Part shown: in pieces, positions 1 to 10,620 of the stretch
Position numbering within the stretch: position 1 is the stretch's first letter
Layout: each line of letters starts with the position of its first letter
Assembly (NCBI GenBank): GCA_965222225.1
Contig: CBDCTK010000002.1
Span: 3,872,001-3,936,000, forward strand
Origin: Candidatus Poribacteria bacterium
GTDB lineage: Bacteria; Poribacteria; WGA-4E; JAJDTR01
DNA: 64,000 bases
Reading direction: 5' to 3'
Made by a program: the position numbers and the translations under genes
The notes under the pieces: model-generated
The model's database searches: none
Seen by the model: the letters and a program-made list of their open reading frames with translations, nothing else
What the model was told of the DNA's origin: nothing

Positions 1-209
1 CACCTGTGGACGTACAGTCCGAGAAAAAATACCATCAAGCGATGAGGCGAAACTGATGATAGCACCTCTCTAAAATGCGTGTCAACGAAAAAAGATTTCA
101 GCCTAGGGCTTTTTTTCTTTGGATTGTCCTTGGGCTGCCAATTTGTTATAATGGAATCTGTGATTATCCGCGACTATTCTGTCTATGTATGGATAGATAG
201 GAGGAAGTA

Positions 210-812
210 ATGGCAGCCGAGGAGTTGAAACCCTTGCAGGTAAAAGAGATTATCCGTTCGGAGATTCGCCAACTCCCGGAAACACGTTGGATCCAAAATC
301 TTAGGCACCCGTCTTACCACCTGCGCCAGCCAATCCCAATCTTAATCGAAAGGGAGGGGGATGTTGTAGCCGCCAACTACGACGATCTGGATTTGAGCGG
401 CAAAGGCGAGGACGTGAAATCGGCAATCTCGGACTTGTGTGGGAAGATTGTAGCGTGTTACAATGGCGCGCGGGAGTCTGCCGATAGAAATGCCGATTCG
501 CCAACCCAGGAGAATACCTTTCTCAGACAAATTATTGTTGAGATTCAACCCGCTGCTTGGGACGAGGTAAAAGAACTTTACCGAGAAAGGTTGAAAGGGT
601 TTTCTTATGTTCAAAAAGTCTACATCAACATTTCCATGCCGGATTACGCGGCTGTCATCATCATACTTTCAGAAGAATCTGTGGATCGAATTGAACAGTT
701 GGCTGAAATCGATCTGGCGATAAATCTAAAATTTCGTCCACTCTATTTCTTCGTAGAATATGAATCCTCAGAAGATAACCTTGATTTGAAGAACTTTGTA
801 CGTTTTTATTAG
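210..812 (+). CDS. Hypothetical protein, probable antitoxin (HicB-like N-terminal region, possible nucleotidyltransferase-like C-terminal region)
   Basis: 200-aa ORF with RBS GGAGG; HicB-like motif (AANYDDLDLSGKGEDVKSAISDL); lies directly upstream of a HEPN-like gene. Function is inferred. Confidence 0.5.
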   Translation: MAAEELKPLQVKEIIRSEIRQLPETRWIQNLRHPSYHLRQPIPILIEREGDVVAANYDDLDLSGKGEDVKSAISDLCGKIVACYNGARESADRNADSPTQENTFLRQIIVEIQPAAWDEVKELYRERLKGFSYVQKVYINISMPDYAAVIIILSEESVDRIEQLAEIDLAINLKFRPLYFFVEYESSEDNLDLKNFVRFY

Positions 813-882
813 ACTTCTCCCCTAGCCCGTTCCCAAATCTCTAGTATTCCCTGCCGGAAGATGGGGACGGAGAATTGCTCAC

Positions 883-1265
883 ATGCCAACGACACAAGCG
901 CACCAAAACAAACAAAGTAAGGCTCAGCTCGCCCTCTTTAATCTTCAACAGTCTCAAAACAGTCTCAAAACCGTCTTCACCACGCCGACTGGATTGTGAC
1001 TCTCGCCTTCTACAAAGCCTTGCACTCGGTTGATTCTTATTTTGCCGAGTTGAAGATTCATCCACAAGGGCATCGCGAAAGAAATCGGCGCGTGCAAGAA
1101 TATCTTGGAAGTATACATAGACAGTATGCTGCGTTGTATAGAGCGAGCAGAAGAGCACGATACGACGACTTTACGTACCAAGATAAGCCTTTAGAGGTTG
1201 GTGTTCTGATAAATCGTTCGTCGAGCATTGAGAGTTACATCAATTCACTTTTGGAAGCGCATTGA
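883..1265 (+). pseudogene. HEPN-domain protein frameshifted by an 11-bp tandem duplication
   Basis: ATG at 883 (MPTTQAHQNK) stops early. Removing one copy of CAGTCTCAAAA (949-959/960-970) joins it to DWIVTLAFYKALH...H..R...ASRRARY, a HEPN-like pattern. Confidence 0.7.
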
Positions 1266-1336
1266 ACCCACTCAACCCGTTAGGGTGTGTTGACATTTAT
1301 GTGAGACACCCACCAATGCGAACACCGTACCAATGA

Positions 1337-1437
1337 GGAATTTCTATCGTCCTCGTTGTTCATTCGGTTGATTGCTCCTTATTCATTATTCAGTCGCTTG
1401 AGGGGATTTATATCGAACTCCCTTTTCGATTACTTGA
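1337..1437 (-). repeat. Cluster of three 35-36 bp micro-element copies following GTAGGGCGGGA
   Basis: Minus strand TCAACCGAATGAACAACGAGGACGATAGAAATTCC plus two further partial or degenerate copies. Confidence 0.75.
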
Positions 1438-1550
1438 TCCCGCCCTACCGAGGTTGAGGATAGCGCTTTAATATCGGTTGTGAACTCGTTGGGTTTGGTA
1501 TAGAATAAGATTGTGTTTCTCGAAGACGAATTGGAAGAGTGGGGTAGAAA

Positions 1551-2279
1551 ATGACACAATCGAAACGGGTTGCCCTATGCGTAACGTGCCTAGTGGACCA
1601 AGTCGTACCGGAGGTGGGCGTCGCGTCGGTGCAGTTATTGAGGCGCGCCGGCTACGAGGTCGATTTCCCGGAAGCCCAGACGTGTTGTGGGCAGCCCTTT
1701 TTTAATAGCGGATTCCGAGATCAGGCAATTGATTTGGCAAAGCGGACCATAGAAATCTTTGAACCGTTTGAAGCGGTCGTCCTGCCTAGCGGATCCTGCG
1801 CAACGATGATTAGGGTCGAGTATCCGCATCTGCTGGAAGAGTGGCAGGAGTGGCACCACCGCGCGACCGAGTTGGCGGAAAAGACGTATGAATTGAGCGA
1901 GTTTTTGGTGAACCGCGCCGAATGGAGTCCGGAAGGTGATTTTGAGGAAGTCAATCTAACCTATCACGACTCGTGCCACATGTGTCGTTTGCTGGGCGTG
2001 AAAAAAGAGCCGCGTCAGTTGCTTGAGCGTGTCGGCGGACGGATATCCGAAATGTCGGAATCGGAGCGGTGTTGCGGGTTTGGCGGACTATTTTCGGTGC
2101 GAATGCCGGAAGTGTCCAACGCCATGACTGCCGAGAAGCTGCATCAGGCTTGCGACACGGGCGTGGAGGCGCTTGTCACATCCGATCCGGGTTGTTTAAC
2201 GCAGATGCGGGGACTGGCGGAGGGAAGTTCAATAAAGGTTGAGCATATCGCCACTGTGCTGGAGGAGATGACACGATGA
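1551..2279 (+). CDS. lutA: Lactate utilization protein A (CCG-domain Fe-S subunit, LldE)
   Basis: TCLVD, QTCCGQP, SGSC, YHDSCH and CCGFGG motifs. Confidence 0.92.
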   Translation: MTQSKRVALCVTCLVDQVVPEVGVASVQLLRRAGYEVDFPEAQTCCGQPFFNSGFRDQAIDLAKRTIEIFEPFEAVVLPSGSCATMIRVEYPHLLEEWQEWHHRATELAEKTYELSEFLVNRAEWSPEGDFEEVNLTYHDSCHMCRLLGVKKEPRQLLERVGGRISEMSESERCCGFGGLFSVRMPEVSNAMTAEKLHQACDTGVEALVTSDPGCLTQMRGLAEGSSIKVEHIATVLEEMTR

Positions 2280-3688
2280 CAGCGACATTCTCCGAGTTTC
2301 GTCAACGCGCAAAAACCGCGATTGAAGACCCCCGGCTGCAAGGGGCATTGGATGGCGGAACGGGCAAGTTGTGGGAGCAGCGCCGGCTTGCGTTCGAGGA
2401 ACTTCCCAACTCTGATGTCTTGCGCGACCACTTCAAAGCGATTCGATCGGCGACATTGAGGAATTTGGCAGAGCATCTAGCGACGTTCGAGAAAAATGCC
2501 ATCGCAGCGGGCGCCAACGTTCATTGGGCACGGGATGGCGCGGACGCGCGTGAAATCGTCATCTCAATCGCTCGGGAGCATGGAGTAAAGCTGGTAACGA
2601 AGAGCAAGTCAATGGCTACAGAGGAGATTCACCTCAACAAGGCGTTGGCTGAAGTCGGCGTAGAGGCGATAGAAACGGATTTGGGCGAGTATATCGTTCA
2701 GTTGGCTGAGGAGACGCCCTCCCACATTATTGCGCCAGCCATTCATAAAACTCGCCATCAAGCGGCGGAGTTGCTAAGCCGAGAATCCGGGAGATCGCTG
2801 TCTCCGGACGACCTGACCACGCTCACCGGCGAAGCGCGAAAGCTGTTGCGCGAGCGGTTTCTGACTGCTGGAATGGGAATTTCCGGCGGCAACATGATTG
2901 TTGCCGAAACCGGCAGCGTCGTCTTGGTGACGAATGAGGGGAACGCGCGAATGGTCACATCCGTTCCGCCGGTGCACCTCGCTATGGTCGGAATAGAAAA
3001 GATAGTACCGACATGGGATGACGCCGCCATCTGGCTATCGCTGTTGGCACGGAGCGCGTCGGGGCAACCACTGTCGATTTATACGAGCGTCATCACCGGG
3101 CCATCTCGCGCCGCCGACCCTGATGGGACAGGGGAGGTGCATATCGTTCTGCTGGACAACGGCAGAAGTGAACTCGTCGGCACAAAATACGAGGAGGTGT
3201 TGCAATGCATTCGCTGTGGCGCTTGCCTTAACGTGTGCCCCGTATATCGTGAAGCGGGTGGACATTCGTACGATAGCCCCTACCCGGGACCAATCGGCGC
3301 CGTCGTCACTCCGCTGTTGTTGGGGCGCGAGAACTATGAAGCGCTACCTCATGCGAGCTCGCTGTGCGGAGCATGCAAAGAGGTGTGTCCGGTGCGGATA
3401 GATCTGCCTCGGATGCTGCTTGAGCTACGCGCGGATCAGGTAGCGGAAAAAGCCATACCTTGGAGCGAGAGGAAGGCGGAGGAGACGGGCGCGTTTGTGT
3501 TGAAGCACGAGAAATTGATGCGGTTCATGACAAGCGCGGCTCGATTGGCACAACGTCCGTTCGCGCGAAATGGAAGGCTGCGTCTGCCTCAGCGTCTGAA
3601 TCCGGCGCTTGAGCGTCAATTGCCAGCGCTGGCGAAGCGCTCTTTTCGGGACATGTGGAAATCCGGAGAGTTGGAGGAGAAACGATGA
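2276..3688 (+). CDS. lutB: Lactate utilization protein B (LldF)
   Basis: KSKSMATEEI, ETDLGEYI, CIRCGACLNVCP and SSLCGACKEVCP motifs; ATGA overlap with lutA. Confidence 0.95.
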   Translation: MTATFSEFRQRAKTAIEDPRLQGALDGGTGKLWEQRRLAFEELPNSDVLRDHFKAIRSATLRNLAEHLATFEKNAIAAGANVHWARDGADAREIVISIAREHGVKLVTKSKSMATEEIHLNKALAEVGVEAIETDLGEYIVQLAEETPSHIIAPAIHKTRHQAAELLSRESGRSLSPDDLTTLTGEARKLLRERFLTAGMGISGGNMIVAETGSVVLVTNEGNARMVTSVPPVHLAMVGIEKIVPTWDDAAIWLSLLARSASGQPLSIYTSVITGPSRAADPDGTGEVHIVLLDNGRSELVGTKYEEVLQCIRCGACLNVCPVYREAGGHSYDSPYPGPIGAVVTPLLLGRENYEALPHASSLCGACKEVCPVRIDLPRMLLELRADQVAEKAIPWSERKAEETGAFVLKHEKLMRFMTSAARLAQRPFARNGRLRLPQRLNPALERQLPALAKRSFRDMWKSGELEEKR

Positions 3689-4317
3689 GCCAGCGAGACG
3701 AAATCTTGGAGCGCTTGAGAAAAAGAACGTCGAAAGTAGAGATGCCCGGCGCATGGCAATCACAGCGCAATTTTCCGGATTTGGAGGAGCGCTTTACGGC
3801 GTCGTTAACGGCAGTGCGGGGAGAGGTTCGCCGCACGGAGAACCTGGAAGCAGCATTGGTGGAAGTTGACACAATCCTAAATGAGATTTCTGCAAAAAGC
3901 GTCGTCGCCAACAATGAAACGCCGCTTTCCGAGGTGGGGTTGGAGGAACGTTGGCAGGAGCGTGAATGGTATGTCGTCGGACAAACCCAGGGCGATTTGC
4001 GGGGGTTCTGCGCGCGCGCGGACGCGGGGCTTTCCGGGGTTGAGGCGGCGTTGGCGGAAACGGGCAGCCTCGTCGTTCACAGTGGGGTTGGAAAGAGTCG
4101 ATTGGCTACGCTACTGCCGCCGGTGCATATCGCGCTTGTTCCCGTTTCGTGCCTCGTGCCGGATATATTTATTTGGACGGCTTCGCGAAATAAGGAAGTA
4201 CCTATGCCTTCGAACCTCAACCTCATCAGCGGTCCGAGCAAATCGGCGGATATTGAGTTTACGTTGACACTTGGCGTCCATGGTCCGAAACGCTTGGTTG
4301 CGGTGTTGTATGAATGA
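3685..4317 (+). CDS. lutC: Lactate utilization protein C (LUD domain, LldG)
   Basis: AETGSL and ISGPSKSADIE..L.LGVHGP motifs; ATG at 3685 overlaps the lutB stop. Confidence 0.92.
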   Translation: MSQRDEILERLRKRTSKVEMPGAWQSQRNFPDLEERFTASLTAVRGEVRRTENLEAALVEVDTILNEISAKSVVANNETPLSEVGLEERWQEREWYVVGQTQGDLRGFCARADAGLSGVEAALAETGSLVVHSGVGKSRLATLLPPVHIALVPVSCLVPDIFIWTASRNKEVPMPSNLNLISGPSKSADIEFTLTLGVHGPKRLVAVLYE

Positions 4318-4412
4318 ATCCTCGTCACTTGTTCTATCTCTGTAAAAATCGCCATCTGCAAGTTGACGATAAGAAGCTCTCTAGAATCAAGTATGATTTC
4401 CCTGAGATACTA

Positions 4413-4639
4413 GGTTCTGTTGACATTTATGTTAAGCGTGTGCGTAATCGTAGGGGCGAGGATCAAGTGAGCGAATAGCGAATGCGATAGGGATCTTCCC
4501 CTCGCCCAACGGGTTGGGAGGCACAACCCCTACGGATGCCGGTGCATGCCTAGTCGGGAGCGTGGTTCCCTCGTCCGTTCCTCCTACGGGTTAAGCTGTG
4601 TTCACATGTTAAAAGAACGTGCCAATCACAAACAGAACC
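4413..4639. mobile_element. MITE-like repeat (end GGTTCTGTTGACATTTATG) containing GTAG-REP hairpins and a micro-element
   Basis: Homologous inverted copy at about 60900-61001, related end at about 1283, and AACAGAACC matching right end near 4639. Confidence 0.55.
4463..4497 (+). repeat. 35-bp micro-element inserted in the loop of the REP hairpin GTAGGGGCGAGGA|CCCCTCGCCC
   Basis: TCAAGTGAGCGAATAGCGAATGCGATAGGGATCTT; removing it restores the hairpin. Confidence 0.85.
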
Positions 4640-4653
4640 CGCAAGGGCGGGGA

Positions 4654-4775
4654 TCAAATGAGATCAAGCGAGTGCGATAGTAGATCCCATAGTGAATGAT
4701 CAACTGAGCGAATAGCGAAGGCGATAGACAATCCTACTCGCTATCTGTTCGCTTGATCGTTATCCGCTCGTTAGA
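4654..4775. repeat. Nested micro-element cluster, both orientations
   Basis: Several TCAA..GCGATAG..ATCCY units, nested on the plus strand, followed by minus-strand partial copies. Confidence 0.8.
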
Positions 4776-4781
4776 TCGCAC

Positions 4782-5189
4782 CTACAGATGTTCTTGAAGT
4801 CGGGCGGCTACCTTGCGAATTTCATCCATATCGCCCGGTTTGGGCGTCCAGGGCAGAAGTAAAGAATCACCCTCCCATCGCGGGAGAAGGTGCAGATGGA
4901 AGTGGAAGACTGACTGGAATGCCGCCGATTCACTGGAGTGAAAGAGATTCAGCCCGTCCGGATTCAACACGTCCTTAATCACGCCGGCAAGTTTCGCCCC
5001 GACTTCCATGATTTTCCCTGCGGTCGCGGGAGGAATATCGTAGATATTACGGTAGTGCCGCTTCGGAATTACCAACAGGTGTCCGGGGTTACCGGGGTTA
5101 ATATCCATAAAACTTAGGGTTTCACTGTCTTCATAAACCTTCATCGCAGGAATATCGCCCGAAATAATCGAGCAGAAAATACAGTCCAT
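4782..5189 (-). CDS. HIT family nucleotide hydrolase
   Basis: N-terminal CIFC and HFHLH histidine triad. Confidence 0.93.
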   Translation of the reverse strand: MDCIFCSIISGDIPAMKVYEDSETLSFMDINPGNPGHLLVIPKRHYRNIYDIPPATAGKIMEVGAKLAGVIKDVLNPDGLNLFHSSESAAFQSVFHFHLHLLPRWEGDSLLLPWTPKPGDMDEIRKVAARLQEHL

Positions 5190-5515
5190 GATTATCTCCT
5201 CGCAATCCTCCCGATTCTTAAATTTTGGTTGTTCAGGGCGATGCCGTTGTTAAATTTGGGTTTGCCAATACCGATTCAGTTTAACAGAATCTCCGTGTTG
5301 GTTCAAGTTTTTTCAAGAGCGGTTCAGGACACGGATGTTGGCTTTAACTGTAGGTCAACCCAACCTACGCACTAGAATCATGGGACGACACAGGGGCCGT
5401 CCCCTGCAATGAATATGTGTAACCGGGAGACAGGGGAGGAAATCGGTGATTCGTTGCAAATGCCTTGGGGCGGTGATATAATAAACCTCCAACTAACACG
5501 GACAAGGAGTATGCT

Positions 5516-6082
5516 ATGCGCAAAAAACGTTGGTTCATTGGATTCATAAGTCTTTCGGTGTTGATTCTCACAGTACTCGGCCTAAACAGGGTTCAGGGGC
5601 AGAGCGATGTAGTACGGCGCGGAAAATACCTCGTCGATACGATTGGCGCGTGCGGACAGTGTCACACGCCGCGTAAAGGCGCGGGACCGGACATGAGCAT
5701 GTATCTAGCCGGACACCCCGCAAATGCGCCCTACCCGAAGTATGACTTCGGAACCATGATGGGGCAAGGGATTTTTATGGTGACCGCGCAAACCATGACT
5801 GCGTTTGCGGCGCCTTTCGGCACCACTTTCGCCACGAACTTAACCCCCGATAAGGAAACAGGGCTTGGGGAGTGGACGGAAGAGATGTTCATTGGCGCAA
5901 TGCGGACGGGGCGCCATCAGGGGATCGAGAGCAATCGAAAAATCTTTCCTCCGATGCCCCTGAAAAACTATTCGGAGATGAGTGACGAGGATCTTAAAGC
6001 TATTTGGTCGTACCTAAGGACGGTCAAAGCTGTGAAAAACGACGTTCCGGCGGCGTTGAACCCAAGGGGGAGGCCGTGGTAG
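5516..6082 (+). CDS. Exported c-type cytochrome
   Basis: Signal peptide; CGQCH heme motif; NLTPDKETGLG.W and PPMP motifs. Confidence 0.85.
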   Translation: MRKKRWFIGFISLSVLILTVLGLNRVQGQSDVVRRGKYLVDTIGACGQCHTPRKGAGPDMSMYLAGHPANAPYPKYDFGTMMGQGIFMVTAQTMTAFAAPFGTTFATNLTPDKETGLGEWTEEMFIGAMRTGRHQGIESNRKIFPPMPLKNYSEMSDEDLKAIWSYLRTVKAVKNDVPAALNPRGRPW

Positions 6083-6091
6083 ACACAGCGG

Positions 6092-6769
6092 ATGAAAATT
6101 CTTGGGATTGATACCTCGACCCCGATTGGCAGCGTTGGCTTAATCGAGGGGGACGATTTTATCGCCGAACATACGTTGAACATCACGCAAGCCCACTCGT
6201 CGCGGTTGATGCCGGCGATTGATCAGGTTTTGAAGTGGGGCAATCACACCGTTCATGAACTCGATGCTTGTGCCGTGGGAATAGGTCCCGGTTCATTCAC
6301 CGGAGTCCGAATCGGTGTTGGTACGGCAAAGTCTCTCTGCTATGCCATCAAAAAACCGATTATAGGTGTTTCAACGCTAGAGGCGATTGCCTATAATCTG
6401 CGCTATACCGAGGGTTTGATTTGCCCGATACTGGACGCGCGTCGGGAGGAAGTTTACGGCGCGGTTTTTCATGGTGGGGCGACGCTGGAACGCAGGTGCG
6501 AAGACCTCTGTGTTTCAATTGAAGAGTTGCTAAATCGCGTTGAAGGTTCCGCCGTTTTCGTCGGTGACGGTTTGGATAGGTATGCCGAAGCGGTGCGAGG
6601 AAGATTCGGCGCCGATGTGATTTTAGCCGACTCGACGTTCAATGTGCCGCGTGGAACAAACATCGCTCGAATCGGGCGCGAACGTCTTTTGCGCGGCGAA
6701 TCGGACGACTACTTCGGATTGATCCCGAACTATATCCGGAAAGGACTGTATGGCAAACCGGAATATTAA
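6092..6769 (+). CDS. tsaB: tRNA t6A biosynthesis protein TsaB
   Basis: ILGIDTS, GPGSFTGVRIG and DARREEVY motifs. Confidence 0.95.
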   Translation: MKILGIDTSTPIGSVGLIEGDDFIAEHTLNITQAHSSRLMPAIDQVLKWGNHTVHELDACAVGIGPGSFTGVRIGVGTAKSLCYAIKKPIIGVSTLEAIAYNLRYTEGLICPILDARREEVYGAVFHGGATLERRCEDLCVSIEELLNRVEGSAVFVGDGLDRYAEAVRGRFGADVILADSTFNVPRGTNIARIGRERLLRGESDDYFGLIPNYIRKGLYGKPEY

Positions 6770-6906
6770 TATCCCACCCGCCTGAAAACCCAACTTCCAT
6801 ATCATGTGACTACGGCAACATCAGTGAAGAAACCCGTCCGTAGGTCGCAACAAACCCGAGAGATTCCCCTCCATTCCTATATCTCACGCGTTTCGCCTTA
6901 CAACCC

Positions 6907-8325
6907 ATGAACCGTGTCTTTGAAAACACATCCGCGCTTCTAGGCGCCCATCTCATCACTCGCTTGCTCTCCTTAGGTGTGACATATTTGCTCATGACTC
7001 GTTACTATGGAGAAAAGGAGATGGGGAGCTACTTTCTCGCCATGTATTTCACCAACTTGATTGCTAGTGTGACTGAGTTGGGTATGCATGCTCCGCTGAT
7101 TCGTGAAATGGCCCTGCGTTTGAATCAAGCGCGGCATTTCCTTGGAAATGCTTTGATTATTAGAACCTTGCTATCAATTGTCGCATTCGGATTGATGCTT
7201 GGGGTGGGACGTCTGTTGAATTATCCGCCAGCCACCATGCAGATAATCAAACTGTTCGGGTTGGCGGAGATTCTTAACTTGGTTGCGCAGTCGTACCGCT
7301 GCGTCTTTCGGGCATTCGAGCAGATGAAATATGAAGCCTTCACCGTTATTGCTGAGCGGTCTGTGGTTTGCGTCGTTGGTGGAGTGTTAATTGTCCTGGG
7401 CGTGAATCTCTACGATTTCTGCGTCGTAATCCTAATCGCGAGTTGCATCAACCTTGCCCTGAGTGTCGTGCTCGTCCGATGGAAGTTTGTCGGGTTGCGT
7501 TTTCGATTCAATCTGGCAATCTGGAGCGTGTTGATGCGCCAAGCGTTACCCTTTGCACTCGGCAACATGTTCCATCTCGTCTATCTTCGGATAGGTGCCA
7601 TCATGCTTGAAAGGCTGGGCCCGGACGGCATCGCCGCAAACGCTTGGTTCGGCTTGGCGCATACCTTCGTAAACGCGGTCACAATCCTCCCGGGCGCATT
7701 CTTGGGCGCGATGTTCCCGGTGATGGCTCGCGCTTTCGAGGACAACGAGAGCGACTTTCGCGCGGCGTACACCTACGCGACCCGATGGATGGTTCTGCTC
7801 GGGGTTCCCACTGCTGTTGGCATCGCCGCATTAGCGTGGCAAATAGTCGCCATATTGCCACCGGACAAATACGCGGCATCACGGGTCGCCCCCGCGTTGC
7901 AGTTGTTGAGTTGGTCGGGCGGGCTTGCCTTTTTGACGACAACCCTCATCACGTTGCTGCGGGCGGCGGATAAACGCACCCAGCTCACGCTGCTTATGGG
8001 AGCAACCACGCTCATAAACATCGGGTTAAACTATCTGCTCATTCCTCGGCACAGCCATATCGGCGCCGCGGTGTCGCTGATTGTTAGCGAATCGTTTCTG
8101 TTCGTTGCCGGCTTCGTTTACATTTCTCGGCGCGTCGCAACGCTGACTACTATACGGTATGGGTTCAAAGCCGTCGTGCTTTCCGCTCTGATGGGCTGCG
8201 GACTGATTGTTCTCAGAAAACTATTGCCGATATGGGTACTCATTCCGTTGGCGATCTTGTTCTATGCAGCGGGAATGGCAATTTGGGGGGAATTGAGGCG
8301 GGACAGTTTCAAGCAGGCACTGTAG
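6907..8325 (+). CDS. Wzx-like oligosaccharide flippase
   Basis: Many transmembrane segments; NIGLNYLLIP..S.IGAA C-terminal signature. Confidence 0.85.
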   Translation: MNRVFENTSALLGAHLITRLLSLGVTYLLMTRYYGEKEMGSYFLAMYFTNLIASVTELGMHAPLIREMALRLNQARHFLGNALIIRTLLSIVAFGLMLGVGRLLNYPPATMQIIKLFGLAEILNLVAQSYRCVFRAFEQMKYEAFTVIAERSVVCVVGGVLIVLGVNLYDFCVVILIASCINLALSVVLVRWKFVGLRFRFNLAIWSVLMRQALPFALGNMFHLVYLRIGAIMLERLGPDGIAANAWFGLAHTFVNAVTILPGAFLGAMFPVMARAFEDNESDFRAAYTYATRWMVLLGVPTAVGIAALAWQIVAILPPDKYAASRVAPALQLLSWSGGLAFLTTTLITLLRAADKRTQLTLLMGATTLINIGLNYLLIPRHSHIGAAVSLIVSESFLFVAGFVYISRRVATLTTIRYGFKAVVLSALMGCGLIVLRKLLPIWVLIPLAILFYAAGMAIWGELRRDSFKQAL

Positions 8326-8391
8326 TTGACAGGGTCATGAACTTGCTTGAATGGGACGTGGCGAAACAATCGCAATTGCATGAAGGAGTGA

Positions 8392-8493
8392 TCAACCGAC
8401 CAGACAGGGACGGCGATAGAAATTCCCTCCGATTCGCGACTCCGATTGCCGACAGTTAAAGATCCCTATCGCATTCCTTATTCAGTCGCTTGA
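8392..8493. repeat. Two convergent micro-elements (8392-8426 +; 8459-8493 -), the second after GTAGGTCGGGA
   Basis: Both match the consensus. Confidence 0.8.
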
Positions 8494-8513
8494 TCCCGAC
8501 CTACCGGAAAGCG

Positions 8514-8864
8514 TTAGACCGCCGATGAAACCGTAAATCCCCCGACCAACGAATAGTTCGCGGCGTATTGATAGAGTTTAGAATTCACCTTCTGAATTTG
8601 GTCGGGTGTGTGATGAGTTCCCTCATTAGACCAGGCAGCATTATTGGCTTCTACACTTTCCCAGAGCGTCAACCAACCGTAATCGGACTCGGCATGTGCC
8701 ACGGCGTCAAGATCGCCTTGGTATCCTTTCAGCAACTCTACCCCTAGGCAGCCGGGCAGCGCGCGAATCGAGGGCAAAAACTCGTGCAACATGAAATCCT
8801 CAAACAACTCCCCTTCAACGTCAGGTTTCAGTTCAATCGTGTGAATGGCACGAAAACGTGGCAT
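8514..8864 (-). CDS. Small dimeric alpha/beta-barrel (ABM-like) hypothetical protein
   Basis: RBS GAGGAG; LKPDV..F..., LPGC and W.S.E pattern. Confidence 0.55.
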   Translation of the reverse strand: MPRFRAIHTIELKPDVEGELFEDFMLHEFLPSIRALPGCLGVELLKGYQGDLDAVAHAESDYGWLTLWESVEANNAAWSNEGTHHTPDQIQKVNSKLYQYAANYSLVGGFTVSSAV

Positions 8865-8962
8865 AAATGTTAACTCCTCACAATCAGCAATGGACGTGCG
8901 CTGCGAAATAGAAGATTACGCTCGATTCAAGCGCATTCCGTACCTCGCAACTCCGTTCTAGT

Positions 8963-10033
8963 TTAACGCCCTCCGATGAACGCTTCCAACATCTCTCTGG
9001 CTTCCGTGTCGGGATACTGCCTCGGGGGTGATTTCATGAAGTAGGCGCTTGGACCGTAGAGAGCCCCGCCGATTCCTCGGTCACGCGCAATCTTGCAGCA
9101 GCGGATAGCATCAATCGACACACCCGCCGAGTTTGGCGAATCCCAGACTTCCAGTTTCAACTCAAGCCTTACCGGAATGTCGCCAAATTCTGTTCCTTCC
9201 AGATGGAGATAGCACCATTTTCGGTCATCAAGCCACGGCACATAGTCGCTCGGGCCTATGTAGACGTTCCTTGGCGAAATGTCGTGGTTAAGTTGAGAGA
9301 CGACAGCGTCCGTCTTGGAGATTCGCTTGGACTCCAACCGCTCTTTCTCAAGCATATTTTTGAAGTCCATGTTCCCGCCTACATTTAGCTGAGAGGTGCG
9401 GTCAACTTTCAATCCACGATCGCACATCAGTTTTGTCAGGACGCGATGAACAATTGTCGCGCCGAATTGTGCCTTGATGTCATCACCGACGATGGGCAAG
9501 CCCGCAGACTCAAACTTGGCACGCCACTGATCGTTCTTGGCGATGAAAACAGGCATGCAATTCACGACACCGCAACCGGCATCCAATGCCTGCGTCACGT
9601 ACCATTTGGTCGCTTCCTCGCTGCCGACGGGCAAGTAGTTAATGAGGACATCAGCCTCACTTTCTCGCAACACGGCGGCGACTTCAACGACTTCGGCGGA
9701 CGACTCTTCCACCGTCTCGCGGTAGTATTTGGCGAATCCATCCATCGTCGGTCCGCGGTGAACGGTGACGCCCGTCTCCGGCACATCCGAGAATTTAATG
9801 GTGTTGTTCGGTTCAACCCAAATTGCCTCGGCTACATCCCTACCAACCTTGTTGCTATCCACATCGAATGCCGCCACAATCTCAATATCGCTTACGTGGT
9901 AGTCGCCCACGTTTACGTGCATAAGGCCGGGCACGAATTCGTCGCCTTTGGCATCCCGATAGTAATGAATTCCTTGAATCAACGAAGAAGCGCAGTTTCC
10001 TAGACCAACAATAGCAACACGAATTTTTGACAT
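8963..10033 (-). CDS. ino1: Inositol-3-phosphate synthase
   Basis: [32 protein letters not shown] and WDSPNSAG motifs. Confidence 0.95.
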   Translation of the reverse strand: MSKIRVAIVGLGNCASSLIQGIHYYRDAKGDEFVPGLMHVNVGDYHVSDIEIVAAFDVDSNKVGRDVAEAIWVEPNNTIKFSDVPETGVTVHRGPTMDGFAKYYRETVEESSAEVVEVAAVLRESEADVLINYLPVGSEEATKWYVTQALDAGCGVVNCMPVFIAKNDQWRAKFESAGLPIVGDDIKAQFGATIVHRVLTKLMCDRGLKVDRTSQLNVGGNMDFKNMLEKERLESKRISKTDAVVSQLNHDISPRNVYIGPSDYVPWLDDRKWCYLHLEGTEFGDIPVRLELKLEVWDSPNSAGVSIDAIRCCKIARDRGIGGALYGPSAYFMKSPPRQYPDTEAREMLEAFIGGR

Positions 10034-10504
10034 CGTCTCGATCCTCCAATTTGAATGTATGAATCGCTGTCAGGTGAATGAATCATGTTCGAAGGCAACA
10101 GCTCGCGTAACGACAAAATCAGCGACTCAAGAGCAATCGGATATTCATAGAAATCCTTATGTATGTAGTCCATTTCACAGTATGGCTCTAATCACCGAGT
10201 GCGGGGCTTACCGCGAGTTAGCCTATAGGATAAGATTTTGCCCTCTACACAAAGCGATTGTCGGGTGTACCTGCCGACCTACGAGAAGACATCTTGTAAA
10301 ACAGCGTAATCAGGAAGTATACACCAAAATTCATAAAAGATCAAGAGCATTTGCTGGGATAGAAGCAGGGAATGGCTGAACGGACGGAAGAGTGGAAGGA
10401 GGGAACAGGGTGAATAGAGAAGTAGCGGAGAGGGAGGCCGGGGATTCGATGGTCACCGATGTCACCCTACAGAAAAAGTGCACCACACGGGAGAAAGAAA
10501 CCGA

Positions 10505-10620
10505 TCAACCGACCGGATAAATCAAGCGATCGAACAGGGGGCGATCAAGGGAATGAAAAATGACCGCGATAGAGTTCGCATAGGGATCCCAGGGCGATAG
10601 AAAATCCAGATAGAGATCCC
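10505..10620 (+). repeat. Nested micro-element stack inside an AGAAACCGA...TCGGTTTC palindrome
   Basis: Three 5' ends and four GATAG..ATCC-type 3' ends between the palindrome arms. Confidence 0.8.
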
